A stretch of DNA of 64,000 nt from IMG/VR virus record IMGVR_UViG_3300029220_000112, one strand, 5' to 3'. Every line of letters starts with the position of its first letter. Positions within the stretch are counted from its first letter, which is position 1. Of the stretch, positions 26,720 through 34,799 are shown piece by piece. This DNA comes from a virus. A program made the position numbers and the translations under genes. The notes under the pieces are model-generated. The model was not told the origin of the DNA. It ran no database searches and saw only the letters and a program-made list of their open reading frames with translations.

Positions 26720-27657
26720 CCAGTGTTGATGTTAATAAAGACATACTTATTGATAGTCTGAAAGCCCAGAACGCAAGACTAAAAAAGCTTCTCCGCGAAA
26801 CAGCAGAAGAGCGAGACAGATATAAATCCTTGTGGGAAACAAATCGGATTCAAAATGAATTTTCAGAAAAGGAGCGAAAAGCAAATCGGCGATTAGAACA
26901 AGAGAAAAAACAAGAGCGGTTGCTGTCCGGTGTAAAATCGGACGGCGTTCCGATAGCTCATGCGGCGGATTCGATTCGTTCCTATGATGAAATGTGTGTT
27001 GTACTGGATAAGCTCAAAAACACAGGACGAATGGGAATACGAAACTGGGCTATGTTCCGTTGCGGCATTTGCTTCGGTCTTAGAGCAAGCGACCTCGTTA
27101 AATTAAAATGGGGTTGGATCATGGACGACGACGGCGAGTTCAGAGACCGTATACCCGTAGTCGAGAGCAAGACATCTAAAATCAATCGGTGTTTCATTTC
27201 AGATGCGATAAAGGAAACGCTTACAGAATATCGCAAGTGGCTCGGCGGACGCAACTGTTCTCCCGATGATTACATCTTCTCGAAGAACAACGGCGGGAGA
27301 CTACAGGAGCAAAGCTATTCACGATATCTCAAAAGCGCGGGAAAGGAAGCGGGGTTGCCGATACACATCTCGTCTCACACCATGAGGAAATCATTTGCCA
27401 ATATAGTGCTGTGTTGTCACGACGGCGGTGCGAATGATTATGCTATGAGAGACTTACAGGGTATGCTCGGACATTCAGATGTAAGAATTACGATGAGCTA
27501 CCTCAAAGACACAATCCTCAGATACGACGAAGCGAGAAAGGCGGTGTCAGATTTCGTCCTCGGAAAGACAGACGTAAACGAGCTGGTTACTTCAAAACAG
27601 GTCTCCAATAATGAAATTTACGAGCTTTGCAAAGAAATGTTTGAAAAAGTTGCGTAA
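26707..27657 (+). CDS. second tyrosine site-specific recombinase (integrase/Xer/Cre-like catalytic domain with coiled-coil N-terminus)
   Basis: LRASDLVKL (Arg I), HTMRKSFA (His-x-x-Arg), LGHSDVRITMSYL (His and Tyr). TTG start after GGAAGGAG; the ORF track has TTG at 26689. Confidence 0.75.
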   Translation: MGQITSVDVNKDILIDSLKAQNARLKKLLRETAEERDRYKSLWETNRIQNEFSEKERKANRRLEQEKKQERLLSGVKSDGVPIAHAADSIRSYDEMCVVLDKLKNTGRMGIRNWAMFRCGICFGLRASDLVKLKWGWIMDDDGEFRDRIPVVESKTSKINRCFISDAIKETLTEYRKWLGGRNCSPDDYIFSKNNGGRLQEQSYSRYLKSAGKEAGLPIHISSHTMRKSFANIVLCCHDGGANDYAMRDLQGMLGHSDVRITMSYLKDTILRYDEARKAVSDFVLGKTDVNELVTSKQVSNNEIYELCKEMFEKVA

Positions 27658-27703
27658 ATTATTTTCATAGTTTTTGGTAAATCAACAAAGTGAGGTGATA
27701 TAC

Positions 27704-27943
27704 TTGACTCGTAAGAACAAGAGAGCACTCGCGAGAGCTGCTCGATACATAAACGATAGGGTCGAATTTGCAAACGACATCTTAGATGACGAAGAGGATC
27801 GACTCGATGGTTGGGCGGAGAATCTGAAAGGTTCTCAAAAACATATGGACGCAGAAGATTTTGTTGAAGATGTTCGCGAACAGTTTGATATAATAACTGA
27901 TGCGGTAGAAGAAATACGGTCTTTGTGCGGAATAGAAGACTAA
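27704..27943 (+). CDS. hypothetical acidic small protein
   Basis: GAGGTGATATAC then TTG. Confidence 0.35.
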   Translation: MTRKNKRALARAARYINDRVEFANDILDDEEDRLDGWAENLKGSQKHMDAEDFVEDVREQFDIITDAVEEIRSLCGIED

Positions 27944-28129
27944 AAAAAAGAAGACTCCCCACGAAAGGGTAAAAGCGTTTGGCGACGGCTTCCCAATTCG
28001 ATGAGGAGGAACGACATTCGTATGCTCTTATACTAAACACTGGCGTGTTTTTATAGGGGCATAGTCCTGCCATTGTCATTATAACACAAGGACGGTTGAA
28101 TGTCAACGAGAAAATAGGAGGAATTTATT

Positions 28130-28402
28130 ATGCAGAAACCTAAAATTGTTTACATTGCTGTTGACGACGACGATTATGAGCTTCCATTTGCTATGGGCGA
28201 CACAATGCGAGAGCTCGCCGAAGAGATTGGCGTCTCTACTTGGGATATATGGAACTGCGTCAAGAATCGGGGGCGCAGTACAACGCCTTTCAATCATACA
28301 TATCGTGTCGAGAAAGTTAGACTTGCCTCTGATATGGAGGACATACTCGACTTTGGCACGGACAGAGACATTTACAACATAACAATTAATGCCTATGTAT
28401 AA
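28130..28402 (+). CDS. hypothetical small protein
   Basis: AATAGGAGGAATTTATT then ATG. Confidence 0.5.
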   Translation: MQKPKIVYIAVDDDDYELPFAMGDTMRELAEEIGVSTWDIWNCVKNRGRSTTPFNHTYRVEKVRLASDMEDILDFGTDRDIYNITINAYV

Positions 28403-29018
28403 GTCAAATTCAAGAATAATAAAAGGTCTTTCGTTTGCTCTGGTGTTGAGCATAGGAGCGTTTCTTATGGTCGGTAATGCCTTGCCGGTAGAAGCTCCGA
28501 GCGCAGAGGTAGTTGAAATCGAAACTGAAAACGAATCGGCTTTGGACTTGAAAACGGAAATTGAATCCGAAACAGAAATCGCCTCTATCACAGAGCAACA
28601 AAGACCCCCCGATTCAAAGACAAAATACGACGAAATAATCGCCGAGATTGCCGAGAAGTACGGTGTCTCGGCGGCTCTTATCAAAGCAATTATTAAGACC
28701 GAGAGCAATTTCAACCCTAACTTAACCAGTAGAACCAATGACTACGGTTTGATGCAAATCAACGCCTGCAATGTGTCGTGGCTTCAAGACGAACTTGGGG
28801 TTACAGATTTGTTCGACCCAGCGCAAAACATCGAGAGTGGAGTTTACATATTGAGTAGATTTCTAAAACGCTACTCCCTTGCAGACGCGCTGATGGCTTA
28901 TAACTGCGGAGAGGGCGGAGCAAAACGTTTATGGGAACAGGGCGTACACTCAACTAACTATACCCGAAAGGTACTAAAAAATCTAAACGAACAACTAACT
29001 ATACCCGAAAGGTACTAA
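28389..29018 (+). CDS. secreted lytic transglycosylase (SLT domain)
   Basis: Signal-peptide-like N-terminus. TESNFNPNLTSRTNDYGLMQIN carries the catalytic Glu-Ser and GLMQ motif of family-1 lytic transglycosylases. Confidence 0.75.
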   Translation: MPMYKSNSRIIKGLSFALVLSIGAFLMVGNALPVEAPSAEVVEIETENESALDLKTEIESETEIASITEQQRPPDSKTKYDEIIAEIAEKYGVSAALIKAIIKTESNFNPNLTSRTNDYGLMQINACNVSWLQDELGVTDLFDPAQNIESGVYILSRFLKRYSLADALMAYNCGEGGAKRLWEQGVHSTNYTRKVLKNLNEQLTIPERY

Positions 29019-29031
29019 AAATCTAAACGAA
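28951..29031. repeat. perfect tandem duplication (41 + 40 nt) spanning the SLT stop codon
   Basis: CAACTAACTATACCCGAAAGGTACTAAAAA(A)TCTAAACGAA repeated back to back. Confidence 0.9.
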
Positions 29032-29045
29032 TTTGGAGGCTAATA

Positions 29046-29282
29046 GTGAATAGACATAGATGTTTTGCGGACAGAGGAAGTTGCTGCGCTGTGCTTACAG
29101 AAAAGCTGTGCGAATATGGCGGGTGTCGGTTCTACAAGACCGAACAGCAACTCTACAACGAAAGGCAGTTTGTAGACAGATACATACAGAAGAAATACGG
29201 AGTTAGCCGTAGGGAATATGTGAGAAGCAAGTATGGCAATGAGCTTTTAAAGTATAGGAGGAGAAGAAATGAGGAAGTCTAA
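29046..29282 (+). CDS. hypothetical small Cys-containing protein
   Basis: TTGGAGGCTAATA then GTG/ATG. Confidence 0.4.
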   Translation: MNRHRCFADRGSCCAVLTEKLCEYGGCRFYKTEQQLYNERQFVDRYIQKKYGVSRREYVRSKYGNELLKYRRRRNEEV

Positions 29283-29487
29283 GCTTCTCACTCTAATAGC
29301 TCACGAGGTTGTGCCTCGGAAATGTGTAAACAACATGAAGCTTGTCGGCTATGTTGCTCGGTGCAGTCAGTGTGGCGAACCAATAGCAATCTACTATAAA
29401 TTCGACGACGAGCTGAGGGTTGCGGTTTTGCCGAGATTCAAAAGATTCGCGGAAGAAATAGAAACGAAAATCAAAGGAGGAATTTAA
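29269..29487 (+). CDS. hypothetical small protein with CxxC
   Basis: AGGAGGAGAAGAA then ATG. Confidence 0.45.
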   Translation: MRKSKLLTLIAHEVVPRKCVNNMKLVGYVARCSQCGEPIAIYYKFDDELRVAVLPRFKRFAEEIETKIKGGI

Positions 29488-30284
29488 TGGACGAGAACAA
29501 AATGACATTATTTACGAACGAAGAGCTTGGAAATGTTAGGGCTTTGGAGATCGACGGCGAGCCGTATTTCGTCGGCAAGGATGTGGCTGTAGCGCTGGGG
29601 TATGCAAAGCCATTAAATGCTCTTGCCACACACATTGATGAAGATGACTCCCTAAAACAGGGACTCATAGATAGCATGGGGAGAATACAAGAAACCATTC
29701 TCATCAACGAGTCTGGTCTTTACAGTCTTATCCTCTCAAGCAAGCTCCCGAAAGCAAAAGAGTTCAAGCATTGGATAACCGCCGAAGTCCTGCCCGTTAT
29801 CCGTAAGACAGGTGGCTATGTAAATGATACGAAGCAGTTCGTCGATTATTACTTTGCGGACTGCAATACATATGGGCGAGAAGCTATTACGCTTATGCTC
29901 AACGAAACAAAACGAATGGCAAATCAGTTAAAAGCTCAGGCTCCGAAGGTGCTGTTCGCTGAGGCTGTAGAAAGCTCGAAGACATCTATTCCAGTCGGCG
30001 ACCTTGCGAAGATTATAAAGCAGAACGGCGTCGATATTGGACAGAATCGTCTCTTCTCGTGGCTGAGAATGAACGACTATCTGATAAAGTCGGGTGACAG
30101 AAAGAACATGCCGACGCAGAAGTCTATGGACTTAGGTCTGTTCGAGGTTAAGATATCGACTTTCTACAGACCCGATGGCACGGTAGATATCACAAAGACG
30201 CCGAAGGTCACAGGTAAAGGTCAGACTTATCTTATTAACAAATTCTTGTCGAGTTTGAAAGGAGCGGCGGCACAAAACCGATAG
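29487..30284 (+). CDS. phage antirepressor, BRO-N plus KilA-C (second copy)
   Basis: MTLFTNEELGNVRALEIDGEPYFVGKDVAVALGY (Bro-N). C-terminal region paralogous to the 7292-8056 protein. AAAGGAGGAATTTA then ATG. Confidence 0.75.
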   Translation: MDENKMTLFTNEELGNVRALEIDGEPYFVGKDVAVALGYAKPLNALATHIDEDDSLKQGLIDSMGRIQETILINESGLYSLILSSKLPKAKEFKHWITAEVLPVIRKTGGYVNDTKQFVDYYFADCNTYGREAITLMLNETKRMANQLKAQAPKVLFAEAVESSKTSIPVGDLAKIIKQNGVDIGQNRLFSWLRMNDYLIKSGDRKNMPTQKSMDLGLFEVKISTFYRPDGTVDITKTPKVTGKGQTYLINKFLSSLKGAAAQNR

Positions 30285-30350
30285 TGTACAAGAGAAAAAA
30301 CAATGATTAATTTAACGCCCGGGCGAAAGTCCGGGCAGAAAGGAAAAATT

Positions 30351-30719
30351 ATGAATTGTAACAAAACGACAAACTTTTTTTCTGAACTTAAAAGACTTTG
30401 TGACTCGCGCACCTCGTGCGAGGCTGGCGCGGAGAACAAAGAGCAATGCCCGCTGTTTGATTTTTGTTTTTGCGAGCGCAGTATTACAACAAGAGACGCC
30501 GAAGAAATTATAAAGGCAATCGAAATTTTGCAAAAATGGAGCGACGAACACCCGAAGAAAACATACGCACAGGACTTTTTTGAAAAGTTCCCAAAAGCAC
30601 CGAAGGACAAAACATTTAAAGAAAAATGTCCTTGGGTGTGTCGAATGGGAATATACGGCGGAGAGTGTCCGAGCGCAGGATGTGTTGAATGCTGGAACGA
30701 GCCAATGAATGACGAATAA
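30351..30719 (+). CDS. hypothetical Cys-rich protein, paralog of 49084-49536
   Basis: Shared EHP..TY..F.KFP and CWNEP/CWNRP segments. Confidence 0.5.
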   Translation: MNCNKTTNFFSELKRLCDSRTSCEAGAENKEQCPLFDFCFCERSITTRDAEEIIKAIEILQKWSDEHPKKTYAQDFFEKFPKAPKDKTFKEKCPWVCRMGIYGGECPSAGCVECWNEPMNDE

Positions 30720-30936
30720 ACACCGAAAGGAGTTAACGAGAGGTAAGAAAATGGATTGCAACAAAAACGGTGATGAAGAGCTTGTAGTCTTGATCCGATA
30801 AAAATAGCGATGTCAAATTACCCGGATATCATCCAGTGTGGCGATGCCTTTCGGGTTAGGGATGATGATTGGAAAATTCCAGACTAAAAGGAATTGGGTT
30901 TTGATTTGAAAAATGAAAATAAAAAGGGGAGATGAA

Positions 30937-31542
30937 ATGGCTCAGGATTGGAGCGGCGATGCAAACTCTGTGTACAAAATTATCGGGGCGTCTAACCACT
31001 CAAATGAAAACAGGGCAGACGACGACTACTACGCGACTGACCCGAAAGCAGTTGAGGAGCTGCTGAAACGAGAGAAATTCTCTCACTATGTGTGGGAGCC
31101 GGCTTGTGGTGGAGGACACATATCAAAAGTGTTGGAAGCTCATGGCTACGACGTTCTGTCGAGTGACATTGTGGATAGGGGTTATCCGAATACATGTGTG
31201 GCGAATTTTTTGAGAACCAAACCTCATCCCACGAAGTATATACCACGCGACATTATCACAAACCCGCCGTACAAATATGCCAAGGAATTTATAGAGAAAG
31301 CCTTAAAGTTATCTATGGATTCAACTAAAATAGCTATGTTCCTCAAGGTTACATTTCTTGAGGGCAAGACAAGACGGGAATTGTTTGATAAAGCTCCACC
31401 GAAATATGTGTATGTATTCTCCGGTAGAGTGAACTGTGCTAAGAATGGCGACTTTAGTAAAGCTGAGTCGAGCGCTGTGGCGTATGCGTGGTTTGTTTGG
31501 GAAAAGGGGTTCAAGGGTGAACCGAAAATTAGATGGATTTAA
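30937..31542 (+). CDS. orphan DNA methyltransferase, (N/D)PPY class (probable N6-adenine)
   Basis: SAM motif WEPACGGGH, followed by catalytic DIITNPPYKY. Confidence 0.65.
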   Translation: MAQDWSGDANSVYKIIGASNHSNENRADDDYYATDPKAVEELLKREKFSHYVWEPACGGGHISKVLEAHGYDVLSSDIVDRGYPNTCVANFLRTKPHPTKYIPRDIITNPPYKYAKEFIEKALKLSMDSTKIAMFLKVTFLEGKTRRELFDKAPPKYVYVFSGRVNCAKNGDFSKAESSAVAYAWFVWEKGFKGEPKIRWI

Positions 31543-31559
31543 ACTAAGGAGGAAATCAA

Positions 31560-32456
31560 ATGATATTTAATATTGTAATGATGGTTATAGCTGCGGTTCT
31601 TGCGGCTGTAGGTGTGATTTTAGCTTACAAAGAGATAGAATACGGAGACGACATTCCGGTGGCAATTCCTATAGTAAGTTTTGTGTTGGCGATATGTCTG
31701 TTTGTACTCTCAGCTTCAGCGGCTATTGTGCCGACCGGATATACGGGAGTGAGGACGACGCTCGGTCAGATAAGCGACCAGCCTGTACATAGTGGTTTCA
31801 ACTGGAAAGTGCCCATTGTTCAGAGCATAAAGCTCGTAAATAACAAACAGCAGGACGCACAGTTCGGCGGCGACAAAATCTGGTCGGAGACTGAAAGCAG
31901 AACAGCAATTTACTACGCAGACGTGACCGTTACTTATCAGATTAACCCCGACAGGTCGGCGTGGATCTACGCTAATGTCTCGGACTACAAGAACTCTCTG
32001 GTGTCCGAAAACATAGTTGCTTCGGCTATTAAATCCAGTAGTAAAGTGCTTAGCGATACCGACGCGACGAACCGCTCAATAGTCGAGCCTCTTATAGCTA
32101 AGAATCTACAGGCTTCAATAGACGAGAAGTACGGCGAGGATGTTGTTGCAATCCTTAAAGTGACGGTAAACGACATTGACTTTGACGAGTCATATCAGGC
32201 AGCGATAGCATCAAAACAACAGGCTCAGCTTGCGGCAGAGCAGCAGGAAATCGAAAATAAAAAGGCTGTGGATAAGGCAAAGGCAGACGCAGAGGCGAAG
32301 CTTATAAAATCTAAGGCTGAAGCTGAAGCAAATGACACTCTTGAGAAGTCCCTGACGGATAAGATTCTTAAAGAAAAATACATAGAGAAGTGGGACGGAA
32401 AGCTCCCGAGTGTGATGACCGGCGACGATGGAAGTTCGATAATGATTCAAAAGTAA
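31560..32456 (+). CDS. SPFH/band-7 (prohibitin/HflKC-like) membrane protein
   Basis: N-terminal TM helices, then VPTGYTGVRTTLGQIS and a C-terminal A/K/E-rich coiled coil typical of SPFH proteins. Confidence 0.6.
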   Translation: MIFNIVMMVIAAVLAAVGVILAYKEIEYGDDIPVAIPIVSFVLAICLFVLSASAAIVPTGYTGVRTTLGQISDQPVHSGFNWKVPIVQSIKLVNNKQQDAQFGGDKIWSETESRTAIYYADVTVTYQINPDRSAWIYANVSDYKNSLVSENIVASAIKSSSKVLSDTDATNRSIVEPLIAKNLQASIDEKYGEDVVAILKVTVNDIDFDESYQAAIASKQQAQLAAEQQEIENKKAVDKAKADAEAKLIKSKAEAEANDTLEKSLTDKILKEKYIEKWDGKLPSVMTGDDGSSIMIQK

Positions 32457-32467
32457 GGAGGGAATGA

Positions 32468-34702
32468 ATGAGGGTATTACTGTTGTTGCGCGGTAGTGCT
32501 GGGTGTGGTAAGTCAACATGGATTGAACAAAATGGACTTGAACCCTATACACTATCCGCCGACGAGATAAGGTTGATGTACGCTTCGCCCACTTTAAATG
32601 TTTGTGGCGAAGAGTGTATAAGTCAGTCGAATGACACTAAGGTCTGGAAGACACTCTTTCAGATTCTTGAGTCTCGAATGGAGCGAGGAGAGTTCACCGT
32701 TATTGACGCGACGAACTCCAAAACTTCCGAGATGAAGCGCTATGCGGAACTTTGTAACCGTTATCGCTATAGGATTTATTGTGTAGACTTTACCGACATT
32801 CCTATTGAGGAAACCAAAAGGCGAAATAAAATGCGACCTATAGTCAAACAGGTTCCTGAAACGGCAATCGACAATATGTACGCTCGTTTCGCTACTCAGA
32901 AAATTCCGTCGGGGATAACCATTATAAAACCGGATGAGCTTTCAAAGGTGTGGTTCAAACCTATGGATGTTTCGGAATACGATGCGGTTCACTTTGTCGG
33001 AGATGTTCATGGCTGCTATACGGCACTCAAAGAAGCAATCGGGGATGTCGCCGAGAAACCTAATGAGCTGTTTGTGTTCTGCGGAGACTATACTGACAGA
33101 GGAATTGAAAATGCAGAGGTAGTAAGGGAGCTTCTTCGCATCTATAAAGAACCGAATGTATATCTCATAGAGGGAAATCATGAGAAACATATGTGGGTTT
33201 GGGCTAATGACGGAACTACCGGGTCAAAAGAGTTTGAGATGCATACAAGAGCTCAGCTTGAAAGCGCTTCTTTTACTAAAAAGGATGTTCGCAAACTTTA
33301 CAGAAGTTTCGGGCAGTGCGCCTATTATATATATCGTGGCAAAACTATATTGGCTACACACGGTGGTCTTAGTACGTTGCCTAACAATCTCACGCTGGTG
33401 GCTACCGACCAAATGATTAAAGGCTCTGGGAATTATAGCGACGCCGATGTTGTTGATCAGTCTTTCTGTGAAAATACTGACGCTTATCAGGTGCATGGGC
33501 ACAGAAATCTTAAAGGAAATCCCATTCAGGCTTGCAGAGCCTTCAATCTTGAGGGGAATGTTGAGTTTGGAGGCTCTATAAGAGTTGTTAGTTTTGTTGG
33601 CAATGAGATAAAGGTGAGCGAGTTTAAAAACAATATATATTTACCGACTGAAGAGAGAATTGATTATACTGCAAAGATAAAAAAGAACGAGTCTGTTGCA
33701 GATGCTATTCTGGCTCTGAGAGGTAATAAGCAGGTAGTCGAGAAGCAGTTCGGTGATATCTCGTCTTTTAACTTCTCAAAACAGGCTTTCTTTGACAAGA
33801 TATGGGATGAGCAGACGATTAGGGCACGAGGTTTGTATATCAACATTCCCAAAGGAAAAATAGTCGCAAGAGGCTATACAAAGTTCTTTAATGTAAACGA
33901 GCGACCGGAGACAAAGTTTGATATGTTACAGCACAAGCTTAAGTTTCCCGTAACTGCGTGTGTTAAAGAAAACGGGTTTCTCGGGTTAGTTTCATATAAC
34001 GAGATAGATGATTCGCTGTTTGTTACAACGAAATCTAATCCGGATGGTAATTATGCATCGTGGCTTAAAGAGATGATAGATAAGAAAATCCCTGTTGATA
34101 CACAGCAGAAAATGAAAGAATTTTCAAGAGAGAACAATGTAACATTTGTGTTTGAGTGTATTGATATGCAGAGAGATCCACACATAATTGATTATCCGGA
34201 AAATCATCTTTTCTTGCTTGATATTGTTTACAACGAGTTGAAGTTCAAAAAGTTCAGTTATGACGAGCTTATAAGTGTTGCAGACAAGTTCGGGCTCGAA
34301 CACAAAGAGCGAGCTGTCGTAATTAATGATTGGCAGACATTCTTCGACTGGTATTATACGGTCACAGCACCTGACTATTTGTATAACAACAGGCATATAG
34401 AGGGATTTGTCGTCGAAGATGCTGACGGTTATATGGTTAAGCTTAAACTTGCTTACTATAATCTCTGGAAATACCTTCGCGGCGTTTCCTACAAGGTTCT
34501 TAGACGCGGACATCTTGATGGCAAGGAAACTTCGTCTCTTACAACGTCATTAATGAATCAGTATTATGCGTGGCTTAAACGAATTTACGCAGAAACAGAG
34601 GATAAAGAGTCGATACCGCGTGATATCTGCTCGCTTAGAAAACTATTCTACGCATCGGACGAGGGAAGAAATTTTACAAAGGAGGAAAACAATAATGATT
34701 GA
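32468..34702 (+). CDS. Pnkp-like polynucleotide kinase-phosphatase with C-terminal ligase-like nucleotidyltransferase domain (RNA/tRNA repair enzyme)
   Basis: N-terminal P-loop LLLRGSAGCGKST. Central calcineurin-like phosphoesterase motifs GDVHG, GDYTDRG, GNHE, THGG, HGHRN. C-terminal region with KENG (a lysine-nucleotidyltransferase motif I-like KxNG). Same domain order as bacterial Pnkp. Confidence 0.65.
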   Translation: MRVLLLLRGSAGCGKSTWIEQNGLEPYTLSADEIRLMYASPTLNVCGEECISQSNDTKVWKTLFQILESRMERGEFTVIDATNSKTSEMKRYAELCNRYRYRIYCVDFTDIPIEETKRRNKMRPIVKQVPETAIDNMYARFATQKIPSGITIIKPDELSKVWFKPMDVSEYDAVHFVGDVHGCYTALKEAIGDVAEKPNELFVFCGDYTDRGIENAEVVRELLRIYKEPNVYLIEGNHEKHMWVWANDGTTGSKEFEMHTRAQLESASFTKKDVRKLYRSFGQCAYYIYRGKTILATHGGLSTLPNNLTLVATDQMIKGSGNYSDADVVDQSFCENTDAYQVHGHRNLKGNPIQACRAFNLEGNVEFGGSIRVVSFVGNEIKVSEFKNNIYLPTEERIDYTAKIKKNESVADAILALRGNKQVVEKQFGDISSFNFSKQAFFDKIWDEQTIRARGLYINIPKGKIVARGYTKFFNVNERPETKFDMLQHKLKFPVTACVKENGFLGLVSYNEIDDSLFVTTKSNPDGNYASWLKEMIDKKIPVDTQQKMKEFSRENNVTFVFECIDMQRDPHIIDYPENHLFLLDIVYNELKFKKFSYDELISVADKFGLEHKERAVVINDWQTFFDWYYTVTAPDYLYNNRHIEGFVVEDADGYMVKLKLAYYNLWKYLRGVSYKVLRRGHLDGKETSSLTTSLMNQYYAWLKRIYAETEDKESIPRDICSLRKLFYASDEGRNFTKEENNND

Positions 34703-34799
34703 CGCATTTCTTTTTAACATTCTTAATCTGATTGGTCTTTATGGTAAAGCAATTCTTGTGTTCATCGAGAAAATACTTGGACTGTAAGGTGGTGAAACT

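Noticed and set aside
28103-28738. 211-aa minus-strand ORF.
   Set aside because: It is antisense to two well-supported plus-strand genes (a small RBS-bearing gene and the SLT lytic transglycosylase with clear catalytic motifs), has no RBS, and its composition looks like a shadow ORF.
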